A stretch of 64,000 nucleotides of DNA from Basidiobolus meristosporus CBS 931.73 (taxonomy: Eukaryota; Fungi; Basidiobolomycota), in the NCBI GenBank assembly GCA_002104905.1, contig MCFE01000237.1:1-64000 (forward strand), given 5' to 3'. Positions 25,456-39,817 of this stretch are shown here, piece by piece. The notes beneath the pieces were generated by a model. That model ran no database searches and had not been told where the DNA came from. It saw only the letters and a program-made list of their open reading frames with translations. Numbering within the stretch: the stretch's first letter is position 1; each line of letters begins with the position of its first letter. The position numbers were made by a program, and so were the translations under genes.

Positions 25456-26426
25456 CTCTCACCCCTCAAGCATGAAAATTCTCGCTCCGTAGTGCTGCAG
25501 CATCGGGGAATTCACTGTGTTCGGTGTTTATTTCCAAATATCATGTAGCTTCGGACGTTGTTATATCCCAATATCATAAAATCTATTTCATTACCTGACC
25601 TATCGGTGCACCACTTATCAGCGGTTTATTAATGGAACGGGATGGGGCCACCAAATACATCTCTATACACATCAGATCACTGGTGATGAATGTAGGTTTT
25701 TACGCATTCCCATCAGCACACGATGATTCACAATATTCACAGCGAAGCTTGTGCGTTGCCAAGTCTAAATATGCCTTTGCTGATTGGTATAATCTCATTC
25801 AGCAAGTGTTGTTAATATAAGCTTAGCTGTTGCGCTTGATCCTGCGCTATTGCATTGCTCGATGGATATTTTCAGCTGATAATTTCGGAAACAGGCTCGA
25901 CACATTCGTGCCTCATGTAGCAGATACCTGGTTCGGAATATTTGTAGATGTCCTTGTATCATCAATACCAAAGATCGCTAGCAGATTGACTTGGTTGTGA
26001 CGTGGAGAGCCCTTTACATCTGTTGCTCGTCTCAGATGCATCTTTATTTCCGGCGATGACTAGTTTGATGAGTATCTCATCACATCCTTGTGCCAGTTAG
26101 ATATCGCTCACAATCACCTCATGGCTTCTCTGCATAGGAGATAAAATTAATATGCATCCCCTTCCGTATCTTGATAGGCCACCCACTTGACCAAACTAGC
26201 TTACCGTGAGCCACTACGGTAGCTTCCCATATACCTATTCCATATTTACATCTCCACTCCGATTAATGTGACTTACTATTGGCTTTGGCTTGAAACTCGT
26301 ATATATTTTGAGTGGTGTAGCCAGATAGAGTTTGATTAATTGTTCTTCTCGCTCAGTGGTCCTCAAAGCCTTCTCTACTTCCTTGGCTTTTGCTAAACTA
26401 GACAAAGCTATCTAACTTACCAAGCC

Positions 26427-27586
26427 ATGTCCAACAACTTCCACCTCAGCGAGGAAAACAACGTTCACGTAAAAGTTATAATCGGCCTGACTGTGACTGT
26501 TATTACGTGCTTCACCCAGTCTATTGGGCTGAACCTCCAACGGAAAAGTCACTTAATAAACGAAAGCCACCCGAAAGAGAATAGGCAAACGGAATGGCGC
26601 CGGCCCATGTGGTTAACTGGATTTGTTATCTTCTTGGCTAGTAACGTATTTGGCTCGCTGTTCTCAATCGGCTTCCTCCCTATCATCATTCTGGCTCCCC
26701 TTGGCGCCATCACGCTAATTACTAACGCCATATGCGCAAAGCTGATTCTGGGGGACTCCTTTCCTATGCAGAGTATTCTAGCTACTGGCTTGATAGTCCT
26801 TGGTGCCGTTACCATCGCCCTTTTTGGAACAGTGCTGGAGCCAAACCACTCCTTAGACGACCTCATATTCCTGTATCAACGACAACCATTTATCATATAC
26901 ATTACCGTAGTATTCCTACTCCTCAGCCTAATCATAGCTGCTACCAAATTCCTGGAGAAGGTTCTTGCACGTATCCAAATCGACCACGAAACCACTTACT
27001 CGGCGGTGTCTGCGGTTGCCCTGGTTAAGATGAAGTTGCTCCTCGGATCCCTATACGCCTTCATCTCAGGAACCTTGTCTAGCCACACATTGATGTTTGC
27101 CAAGGGTGGTGTGGAACTCCTTTTGATCACTATTTTGGAAAGAAGAAACCAGTTTGATAGACCACTCTCATGGGTGATTGCCTTGGCCGTTCTCTGCAGT
27201 GCTCTCCTTCAGGTACATAAGCTGCAACTTTCGTACTAAGTGATTTGTGCTAATGTGAGAATCTTTGATGTTAGCTGTATTATCTGAACAAGAGTCTTCA
27301 GCTATGTGATACACTGCTCCTTGTGCCTATTTCATTCTGTGCCTATAACGTCTCCTCTTTATGCAACGGACTAGTGTACTATAATCAATGGGACCGTTTG
27401 GAATGGTGGCAGCTTATCCTGGTGATCCTTGGAGTGGCTGTTCTTTCGCTTGGCGTCTTTGCATTATCACACACCAACGATCCAACATCGTCACCTCCAC
27501 GCGCACGTCCAGGCTTGAGCATCAAAGGAAAGGCCAAAGGCTCGACGTCCAAAAATACAGAGAGGACACCGCTCCTTCATTCCTAG
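26427..27586 (+). CDS. NIPA/DUF803-family putative magnesium transporter, one intron
   Basis: SIGLNLQRKSH, RRPMWLTG, ILAPLGAITLITNAICAKLILG; about nine TM segments; QL-YYLNKSLQLCDT-LLVP after the intron. Confidence 0.9.
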
Positions 27587-27891
27587 ATGGTGATTATGGC
27601 TACCGCAATTGTATGATTCTCAAACTGAGATAGCAAATTAGATTCGTAACCTTTAAGTCAATTTGACTATTGTGAATGGTTCCTGTAATATATATACAGT
27701 GTGATATTATTGGCATTATACGTGAATCCAATGCTGAGCCCACCGGCTAAAGATAAAGATACTGTTGTTACATAACGATTACTTGCAAAGGATTTTCAGT
27801 GATTTTGTATTTTTATGACAGTTGGTGCTTTATAAAAAATCATCGTTCAACGGTCCGTTGTAATATGTCTCAGCGAAACTTCGCGATAAGA

Positions 27892-28856
27892 TTAGACATT
27901 GTTTTGGAAGAAATCACCAGTGAGCTGAATGGCCTCGGTGGTGCGTTTCACATTTGCAGGGTCATTGTAATCACCACGGGCTGCCGCAAATCCGTGATGC
28001 ATGTCGTCGAAAAGATGATAGCTACATTTACTACCGAAAGACTTCTTCTTGAGAATCTCCACGAACTTCGTCTACTACAGCGTTAGTTGAAAGAAGTTTG
28101 TTGAGGATAAGGATAGAAGATTCTTACAAGGTCTGGCTCGTCCTTGCTGGGAATCAGCAAAATAGGGGCTTCCGCAAGCTCGGCGTCTTCATCAGCCAAC
28201 AATGAAGGGTGAATAAGGGAAGCTGCAGAAAAGCTGCCATCACGAGTAGCCAAGACACCCATTTTGGCCCCCCAGCAGAAGCCAACCACACCGAAGTCGG
28301 TGCTACCACTGGAGGACAAGTGCTTCTTGACCTTCTCCAAATCCGGTTTAGTCTTTAAAAGGAAGTTAGTAGAGCAAATGGATTTTAACAAGTACGTTAC
28401 AAAACTGACGTTATCCCATGAACCAACGCTAGTGATCCACTGCATCAATGCAGGTCTATCCTCAGGAGTCATTCTAGTATGATCCCAAGGTTTACCACGG
28501 AAGAAATCTGGCAGAGCAACGCGGAAATTGAATTTTTCCCCAAGAATGTCACAGAATTGCTTAGTGTTGGGACTACACAGAATGAAACGTGAGCATCAGT
28601 AAGCAGGGGCCCTATACTTATGCTAGAACTGACGTACTGAAATCCGAAGATATCATATATCACTACAACCGCCTTTTTGGCATCCTATCAAGAAAATAGT
28701 TGTTAGATACACCATGCTGCTACTTTAACACGAACATAACCATACCTTAGGCCCAACAAAGTACACCGATAAGTCATCGATTTTCTCGATGCTTCCCTTG
28801 GGCTGATAGTCGGATACAACAGGAGGAAGAGAACAGCAGGCTTTGTTTGCAGACAT
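27892..28856 (-). CDS. Dienelactone hydrolase-family alpha/beta hydrolase, spliced
   Basis: MSANKACCSLPPV; VVIYDIFG; nucleophile elbow GVVGFCWGAK; last exon HLFDDMHHGFAAARGDY. Confidence 0.92.
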
Positions 28857-29419
28857 CACGGTTGAAAGAATTCTAGATTTACCGGGTTCATTCCGGGCTT
28901 TTAAGCTATCTGGGCAATGATTTGGTACAAATATGATTATATTTGTCAAGCATTTGACACCAATTGATCTTCAAAAATCTTTTCAGAAGTGACGCAAGAA
29001 GTAAATACCTATGTTTGAGGTTAGCGAATGCAGGTCAAGACAATCGACAAATTGAATCGTCATCCTCATGGACTAGCATAATTCTTCGGCTTTCCCGATC
29101 CCTGCACCTGATCACTTTTGAACGGAAATACTAACATGACAGGCTATTGGTGGAGAATGCAACGTCCCGAAATCCCTTTAAGTGTTAATGTAACATTGCA
29201 AGAATGGCCCATCTATGTTGCGAACGGACATCCCAAAATCGGCCATTGATCACCCTACGAAGCCTGGCTTTCCTACTTGGTTACCTATTTATACTTGCAA
29301 GAGATGGTTCATCCAAGGTCCTTGAGGTTAACGTGGCTGCGTTCTAATTGGGAATTGGCTTCCCTCTATAATCCCAGTATTTTAGGCCGAGCTTCTATCG
29401 GCAAGATCTCACTACATCA

Positions 29420-30253
29420 CACCGTGCTCGAGGTATTGCGTACATCACTGCCTTTATTGTCAGAGATTTGGAGCCAAGTGATGATTTGGCATGCACTATC
29501 ATTGGTGCTGCTCAGACATGCCAAGAGTTTTCCAAGAGTCTAACACTGTGCTCTACTGAGCCCTTTCCGATTGACGAGTCTAGGAATAATTTTCTAACCT
29601 GCATGGGAAAGGGCCATACCTCTTCATTATATTTTCACCCCATCGTAGCATACTATTTTCAGTAGGGGATGTCCAGGATTACCTATTCTACGCGGGAGCC
29701 GATACTCCGGCTCAATCAGAGGATATCTTGTTTTAGACAACTCGTACCACTTACGCAAATAGCCATCAAGCAAAGGGAATTTTGTATGATGATGTTCTGC
29801 CCATAACAGTGTGAATATTCCCATGTATCATCCTCTCTGTCATGATATTATTAATAGGAAAAGATATTATCATGGTTTTGACAGAGTCTTGCTTTATTGC
29901 CGCAAAGTAGATATGAAAATAAAGATTAACCGAAAGCGAAGTTTGTTCTATCGCTTAATATATACACTTCCTGGTGCCGGATGGGGTTCATACATCTGAG
30001 GTGGATCCACATTGTCTTGGTTCGTGGGTATGTGATCTTGACTATCACCAGTATCATAAACATTTGGGGCAAGATAAATCGACTGTGAGGCACCATCTTC
30101 TAGTGGAGATTGTTGGCAGCCGTAACGATCAGCACTCAGTTTTTCCGAAACGGAGCGCTCTTCGAGACGCTGTTCTTTCTCTTGTGAAGCGTGGAAAGGG
30201 TGTGATTGGTTTGTAGCCATGATTGTCTTGCTCACCATTCTTGTCCTATCCAT
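29420..30253 (-). CDS. Possible uncharacterised spliced gene; exon structure unresolved
   Basis: A 101-aa ORF starts with ATG at 30253 and is followed by short open segments bounded by GT/AG sites. I could not build a consistent in-phase exon chain, and no domain was recognised. Confidence 0.3.
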
Positions 30254-30628
30254 CCTTTATATCTTTCTACAAGTGAATCTGGATTGGAGTCCGGAAATGA
30301 CTTCACAGCATATGTCAGCGTTGATGGCATAATGGTGTAATGGTCGAAAATATATCACACGTAAACTCTAATGTAGTATACTAGAAACAAGTGGGCAATC
30401 AATACATGGAAGCTGCTGTAATGGTCGAATTGATGTGTCATGCTAATACTAATTCGATTAGGGCAGACCTTCAACGGTATTTTTATAAATTAAACATTAA
30501 TTACCTCCTATCACATGATATTCCTTGAATCGACCCAATGTTAGATTAATACGTATGAAGGGATAGAGATAGGATGGGCCTTTTAACCCGATATCAAGAA
30601 AACACCAACTTCACACCACACTCACCTC

Positions 30629-31442
<814 letters not shown>

Positions 31443-31934
31443 CCAGCATTCCAAGCCACACCCATAATATGCACTCTCAATCACTGTTATATAATCTATC
31501 TATGCTTATTGACACTTATCAGCAGCATGCTTCCATGGATGTGTAATTCGTGACAACTATACAAATTGTTTTCCCAAATTTTCCTCTCGAAAATGTAGAA
31601 GATCGTTTATTAACAATTTTAATTAAAGCGCTATTCTTAAACATGAAGCACAACTACTTGAGCATCCCATGACGCCCTGCTATACATGAGGATTAATTTG
31701 TATATATATGTATATCTATATGTACGTATTGGCAGATGCAATCAAACATCAATCTGCGTTCAGCCTTTCGGATTGGAATTTGGAAATTTGTCACCTTGAT
31801 GTCAGAATCAGCCATTCAAGCTATTGTGGAAGTAAATTTCCACTATTTCAATGGTCGCTCCGTAATATTCTCCAGCTTGTACTTGAATTTTCTTGCCGAA
31901 ACTCCCTCTAGCGTGTTATTTACTTCAGTTTATT

Positions 31935-32710
31935 ATGGAAGAGTGGACCGAATCCAGAAGCCCTTTTTTGTGCTCCCTTCCTCGTCTCCCTAGCTTAGGA
32001 CCCAAAAAGCGTGAAATTGGCACCTACTCGGCTGGTGTTTTGGTAAGCTCTTTACGGTTGCGTATAGATTGAGTGGCCCGAGAAAAACCATTAACGCTAG
32101 ATTAGTTTTCAGTTGCTTGGTGGGTCTTTGTAGATGCCATCGTGTTGTCTACGACCGTCAAAGACTTGCCAGTTTCTATTGGCATTGAGGATTACGTGTC
32201 TGGCATCATATGCACCATAGGAATGATCATGTAATCATCGACAAATTCTCTATTATCTTGCCATTGACTGCTGACGCGTATTATTTTCTAGAGTGAACTC
32301 TATTGATTTGACTATTCTCCAGGGCGAAAGCTTTTCGTACTCGGGGTCTGGACTCGCCGGCAAAGCTAGAATGTTTCTTTTCCTTGGAATGGCTTGTATG
32401 GCAGGCGGTGTAGCTGGATCGGTGGTAAGTTATGGTACCAGTTGACAGGCCAGACAATGTATTGAAGTTTACTCTGTGTGTCAAACCAGGCCATATTATG
32501 TATCAAATATCTTGTACCAAAAGTCACAGGGCCCTACTTGTATTTTGGTGTAGCACCAATTGTGCAGAACGTCACTATTTTGATCAGGTATTTTGCACTA
32601 CATTGCTAATCATACTCGGTAGTTGATCTGATCTTTTCTCAAGCTGTGCGATTCTTTGGATCTCTCAGAATGTTGAATCCGAAGCACAGTACAATTTTGT
32701 TCTCAACTAA
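31935..32710 (+). CDS. VPS68: Vacuolar protein sorting 68 (UPF0220), spliced
   Basis: IGTYSAGVLFSVAWWVFVDA; GIICTIGMIM; ARMFLFLGMACMAGGVAGS; ends ESEAQYNFVLN*. Confidence 0.88.
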
Positions 32711-34535
32711 ATCCATATGGACTAGAGGCATGGCTCTCCGAGGTTTTTGATGATCTTTGCCTGTTGAACCTTGTTATTAAATTTTGTTGTGGCAATATTG
32801 TTTTGATAAAGTCGGTTGATTCACATACGCCCACGGTGATTCCTGAACCACACGCTATACATACTGCTTATTTTCCCAAGATTTGGTCGACCGAACGAAA
32901 AGTAGGCAAGCCTGAGGATGCACAACTCCTGACATCTAACAGCGATTTCGAAACCAGATCCTATTAGTAAACGGTTTGCCAGTAGTCTACATTGCTTTGC
33001 CAGGACATGGCAGAAACAAATCGTGGTTGGGAGGGCCTATACTTCACCCACTGTAGATCGACTAGTGTCTTGGTGTTCTTCACGATGCATACTTTCAACA
33101 TTATTCGTCGTTTGTAGTCCAATCAACTATTGCCCACTGTTAGTGGTTAAATACGCTATTCAACCAAACAACAATCGACGGCTGCTAAGCAGCTCATAAT
33201 CATGATGATAGCTTCCAGGTTAGAATACTGCTTGCGTAGGCAAAATATCTAAGAATAGGATTGTGGTTGCAATATGTGGCATAGAGAGGTAGAACTAGAC
33301 TGAATCGCCAGGACTATACTTAACAGGCAACAAATTTGCATGGAGCATCCCAGATCCTTGCTGAAATGAAATTTATGAATCTTGTGACCATATGAACATG
33401 CAAAGTGCACTCTTGTCGCGGGGTTCAAAATCCGAGATCAATGCGTATTTATATATCGATTATACACAGCCAAAAGTCTCCTTGGGCGGCCCGTCTGAAT
33501 ACCAACAAATACCACACCCTGTCTCGGATACCTGCATTCACAAGATCTGCTGCATCAAACGGGGTTAGAGAATCTAGTTGATCCCCGCCTACATCATGTC
33601 TTTTATGAGATAATTAGTTTGGTCAAAACGCGATTGTGAAATTCCAGGCAACCCAACTCGATCGTGGAGGCTTGCTTCTACCTGTTTCCGGGGTTGGCCT
33701 TTTGATTTAGTGGAACTCGACCAATGGTTTTACAGTCGATTAATCTAATATTCAATCCGCTTACATCAAGGAATCAGTGCCTCATTTTCCATTTTTAGCA
33801 TATCCGTTTGTTCCACATCATCAATATTTCTCGTACCAACAGCACAATTCCACCTCAGTATTTTTAGGTAATTGTCTGACCAGAGGTTAAGAGCCGCACC
33901 GTGCCTCAAGATGGTATTTTTGTCAAGAGAAACTCATAAATAGAAGCGTCTGTGATGCCGTAATCATGATAAAAGCTTGGCTTACACTTGCTCTATACTT
34001 GATATTTGTCTTGGCACCCAGATAGCAGTCTTCTTTCTATTGGTGAGTTCAAAATATCTTGGATATTTAGAAACGTTCTTTGCTCGTCGAAGTAAAGTTT
34101 AAATTTTGTTACACACGCTGCAAAGAAATCCAAATTTCTACGAATACTAGTGCGTGTTTGATATATTACGCGGTTCTATTTTTGCCACAGGATTGCAACC
34201 ACATATGATTCGTGAAATTTTCCGAGCTTATTCTGATATGGTGTATCTAAGCACTTTTAAGTTCCTGGACATGAATAAATGTTCTTCGAAAGAACCTCAC
34301 TTGACTTTTCTGGAACCCAGTCTTCCTTCATCCTAACTTGTGGGCCAACCCAGCTCATGTCACTTGAATCAGTTCAGATATCGTTAGGAGATCATTTATC
34401 CTGGTTGATGATCTTTTAATGAGCAACGCCTGGAGAATAGTAAGTCCGACTTTGGCAGTTTCTATGGTTCAATCGTTGATTGATTGACCCAGTAGTGATT
34501 CGGATTCTGGAATCCACACCCTGGGAATCAAATAA

Positions 34536-35255
34536 ATGGCCACGGCAGCGAGTCCAAAGTGCACTCAATCATCATCTCCTTCATCCTACCACCTCTCTTA
34601 TCATTTCATTCATCACTCTCCCTTTAAAACCATGAAATTCATAAAGAGAACCTCTATCTCTCAAACAGGCTCCGGTAACATTAGTGCTGGTGACAATACA
34701 AGAACCAATTCTGAGGTAGTCTCCTCAACGAGGAAGGATGCGCAAGATATGACCACTGCACGCTCTTCCTCGGGGCAGCTTAACATCACATCATACCGTA
34801 TGCATGTGCTTGAAACCGAGAGCCAGTATCTATACGAGCAAAACCGTAAGCTCAGCCGTGAACTGAAGAATGCGCAGAGGACAAACGAGGCGCTTGTGAA
34901 TATCATCAAAAACAAGGATCGTCAGATCGACTCTATTGTCCATGATCAGCACGAAGCTTTACTTAGGGCCCATGCTATAGAGCAAAGCATGCGATTGATG
35001 CTCCTGGATGACGATAAGCAAGGGATTAAAGATCCCAAAAACCATAACAAACACACCGGATCAGATTCTCTCCAGAAGTTTGTGGCAGCCCTAAAATCGA
35101 TCCATCCACCTCCGTACCAAACAAAATCTAGCCACCCCGACGCCGTCATCCCTAGAAGAAGCTCTGGCCGTAGACCAAAATACACGAAGCCGTTGTTACC
35201 GCCCCTTGCTACTATTTATGATAATGAGGAGGATGTCAGCCATTTGGTAGCGTAA
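34536..35255 (+). CDS. Hypothetical intronless coiled-coil protein (start may be ATG 34632)
   Basis: 239-codon ORF with a heptad region (LETESQYLYEQNRKLSRELKNAQRTNEALVNII) and low-complexity ends. No family recognised. Confidence 0.6.
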   Translation: MATAASPKCTQSSSPSSYHLSYHFIHHSPFKTMKFIKRTSISQTGSGNISAGDNTRTNSEVVSSTRKDAQDMTTARSSSGQLNITSYRMHVLETESQYLYEQNRKLSRELKNAQRTNEALVNIIKNKDRQIDSIVHDQHEALLRAHAIEQSMRLMLLDDDKQGIKDPKNHNKHTGSDSLQKFVAALKSIHPPPYQTKSSHPDAVIPRRSSGRRPKYTKPLLPPLATIYDNEEDVSHLVA

Positions 35256-36163
35256 AGAGCGAAGCGTTCCGGCGATCTCCAGCCGCCGCCCCCAGTCCTG
35301 TGAGGTATTTGGCTTTGGGCATCTGACAGGTTGGCCAGGAAATCCAAAGCTTAAGAAACAGATGCGGGAAAACATCTCTTGTGACAGGCTGGCCTGCCAC
35401 TGAACAAACCTACTCTTCATGTATATGTCAAGCATACTTCAAGGATTAATCATCCTTATAGAGCATAGCATTACAATGATTTTGTATTTTCACCTTTCAC
35501 AAAAATGGCTCCACTCTTTGACTCGATACCGTAGATAGGGAGGTCAAAACTTCCGGCAATCTGAATACGAATCACCGCGCTACAACCCATTTTAATCGTC
35601 ATCAGTCTAGAATGCTCAAAGGGTCGGAGTGGCTGCTTTATAAATCAGTAAAGTATCTGGTTACGATACCACAAATGGTCAACTAGAGTATTCTGGGATT
35701 GATAACAGTCAGATCGGATATAAAGGACTGGCTTTCATCAGCGTAATTAATGATGGTCAATGGCAGCTGACGTGTACACTTTACGCCAATAACACAGCGC
35801 TCAAACTAGTTCGGATGTTCACACTAAAATAATTTTAGTAACTGATGTGCATAGTGATCGTGGTTTTGCTAAACTACCACTATCCTGCTACCCTACCCTT
35901 GGGCATCAGCACAATGAAGCGATTCGCAGCTGTGTACCTATTTGGATTTGTTGCTTCGCATGATAGAATTTACGTTTTCCAAGGCAAAGAAAATGAACAT
36001 TATTGTATTGACATCATTTTAAATCCGATCTCAATAGAAAATCAGGGCTAACTCTCAACGCTTCGCCCAATTCTGTTAATTCAGCAATTCTTACATGCGC
36101 GTTACTAAGTGGTGTAAGGGAAATGATTCTAAAGTTTAACAGAAGTTATTGAAGATTCGCAGT

Positions 36164-36996
<833 letters not shown>

Positions 36997-37522
36997 GTTC
37001 GTTCCTCACTAGTTGTTTAGGAAGTTCAACGCAAGCAATGGTATTGCGCATGATGGTCATATTCAAAATCATTCGAAGTTGATGGATCTGATTGGGTAAC
37101 ACCTGAACTGTTACAAGTAAATTGGTGATAAAATATATAAAACGAACGATGGATAAGTAACGAAAACTCTTTAGATAATACTAAATGCCGCAATAATTTA
37201 CGAGCCAATTTAACTGCTTTATTTCTGAAATATCGAATATCACTACTACACAATTACTTTGTCCATCATCCCTGATTAACAATCTTCCAAATATTTTTAC
37301 TCCGTTTGGCGAGAAATGTTGTCAGTGTAATTGCTTGCTCTTTTGACAATGTTGGTGCTTCGTGGCAAGACATCAAGTAGACTGATGCTGATTAGATGGC
37401 CCATAATCATTGGACAACCATTGCGGATCTGGTGTTCTTAGATTATATCCTATTATTTGAATTGAAGAGAACGATAATCGTGACTGACAGTCGTTGTCAT
37501 AAGCATCTTCTCTCTAGCTCAT

Positions 37523-38179
37523 ATGCTACCCCTAATTTATATTATCACCGATAATGCTACGGACTCTCCAATCTTTCAGTCAAACCTAAATGCCTGTTTA
37601 ACTCGTTCAAATGCTTTTATTCAGTTTAGACTGAAGTCTCTTACTTCCCAGGGTTACCTTTCTTATTTGGAATCTGCCTGCCAGTTAGCTGGTCCAAAAG
37701 CTAAAAGATTACTGCTCAATACGGGCTCCTTAGAATGCCTTGGCGAGGCGCTCGCCACATGCCTTGAATTTCCCGCAGGTGGTGTTCATTTGGTTTCTAA
37801 AGATCTTATGTCTTCTAACATAGAGGAAGTGTTAAAGAAGTTTAAAGAACAATGGAACAAGGAACATCCTCCAGTAATTGCTGCTTCATGCCACACTATC
37901 GATCAATTAAGAAAAGCACAGTTTTTGGGTCTAGATTTTGTGGTGCTTTCTCCTATTCTCCCTTCAACGACTTGTCCCTCAAATAATTACCTAGGCTGGG
38001 AAGGATTCCAGAAACTCATTGCTCAAGCAGGTGACCTCCCAGTCTATGCGCTTGGGGGGCTTAACGGAAGTCATCTGCCCATTGCTAGACAATACGGTGC
38101 GCAAGGGGTTGCCGCTATTAACGCCTTTTGGAACAAGCATGACCTCAATTCGGAAGTATATAGTACATGTAAAGACTAA
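37523..38179 (+). CDS. Stand-alone thiamine-phosphate-synthase (ThiE/TenI)-fold protein, intronless, bacterial-like
   Basis: IYIITD, IQFRLK, LLLN, GGVHL, AASCH...QLRKA..LGLDFVVLSPI, LGWEGF, PVYALGG and GAQGVAAI match the TMP-TenI barrel motifs. There is no ThiM kinase domain. Confidence 0.88.
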   Translation: MLPLIYIITDNATDSPIFQSNLNACLTRSNAFIQFRLKSLTSQGYLSYLESACQLAGPKAKRLLLNTGSLECLGEALATCLEFPAGGVHLVSKDLMSSNIEEVLKKFKEQWNKEHPPVIAASCHTIDQLRKAQFLGLDFVVLSPILPSTTCPSNNYLGWEGFQKLIAQAGDLPVYALGGLNGSHLPIARQYGAQGVAAINAFWNKHDLNSEVYSTCKD

Positions 38180-38999
38180 TGGAATATATGCCGAGTTCTT
38201 TATCCAATGAGTGCGGACTTATGGGCCTTATTCTTCAGATTTCGAGGCAGATACGCAGATTCTTGAAGTTACGTTATGTATTACATTGTGAGAAATCTGG
38301 ACCACACGGTCCAGGGCTTTTGCCGTTCTGAACTTACTCTACATGAAATGCCATAATATTCGGCTTTCAAGTGCAAAAGTCCAGCCGATTTCCTTAGCCA
38401 GCTAAGCACTATGCATGGCAAGTGTTCGAGGCTAGGCCTAATTATCTCTAAGACCAGGCAGGGTTTGACTATTGACCAATAGATGTGTGAAAACTCTGGA
38501 AATTAAAGTGTGAATTTCTAGTGACCACCTCTACTGTTAGCACACACTCTGCAGGATTGACTTTCGATTACCCTTGTGAGTAATGTTTATGACTGGTACT
38601 GGATGAAATTATTAAATTACAAATATAATATCATAGCTTGACGCTCATACTCTGCAAAGTTGATTCTATTATCACTTCTTGCAGCGTTCTTATCCAAATT
38701 CTTCGAACATTTGGGGATGCTATGTATTCAAGGTGAATGGGACCTCGATGTTTAGATACCATTTTATCAATCAGTGGCACACGAGTTTGTTGTATTGACA
38801 CAGATATCTGAACACTCTGGTTACGAACACCGAAGTTCTACAATGTTTCCAGTGGTGTCCCGTATGTTGAAGCTTTCACGAGCAGCGAGTTTACTGAAAT
38901 GTACTTGACAAAGGTTTGATAAATATGAATAATGTAGCTCCCTTTGATAGGAATATCAAGGGAAATGAAGTGTTTGATGAAATTGGACAAGATGATTTT

Positions 39000-39495
39000 C
39001 TAGAAAAAGGATCTTGGTTTAGAGGGATCATACGTTTTCTCCTCGGCGAGCTGTGTCTTGGCCTTGGGGATGACTACATAATAATTGACGAAGCATAGGT
39101 GTAAGTGCCAAATTTCACAAGAATGAAGAACTTATGCTTTTACCAATAGGAAGCTCAAGCTTATTAGCATTCTCAGAGCTTACAGGTGCCTTCATCAAGG
39201 GTTCTCCTTTTTGAAGTTGCTCAATGCGCTCCTCCAAGAGTTGTATTTTTAACTGCACCTTTTCTTTGTATTCCTGGTGTTCCATTTTAGTCCATAGAAG
39301 ATTTACTGAAAAAGAACCCAAAGCGGTACACAATAGAAAGGGTAAGGTAAGTTGAGATATCCGCTCTTTCGTATCTTGTCGAAGGCCCGGCATGTTGAGT
39401 TGACGCACCTGCATCTTGACAGGTTGACCTCCATTTTGAAGGGAAGAAATGGGGAACACAGGTAACTTTCGAAGTGGGAGTCTTGAAAAGTTCAT
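39000..39495 (-). CDS. Small putative mitochondrial single-pass protein with coiled coil (DUF5321-like), probably one intron
   Basis: Arg/Leu/Ser-rich presequence, then TM segment LPFLLCTALGSFSVNLLW and KIQLLEERIEQLQKGE. A GT-AG intron leads to VIPKAKTQLAEEKTYDPSKPRSFF*. The family name is from recollection of the motif. Confidence 0.65.
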
Positions 39496-39817
39496 ATTCG
39501 CAGTAATTCAGGTCAGTCAGAAACCTTTCCAGCAACAAAAATAATACAATCATTTATGTGGTATCTTTTCTGATGTCGAGAAATCAAATTTTTGACTCGC
39601 CCGAGTCTTGAATTATTTAGTTGATTGTATGTCCACCTGTGGCGAAACTGATTTCTCTTGAGATAACAGAATATTGGCAAGTGCGGATATCAAGCATACT
39701 ACTGCAATCGCCAATATCTCGTCAAATGGAATATGTTCAAATGCAAGACCTCAAAGGTGTACTATATAATAATAGCTTTATTTTCACATAATTTAAACCA
39801 CGAGGCGTTGATTTAGT

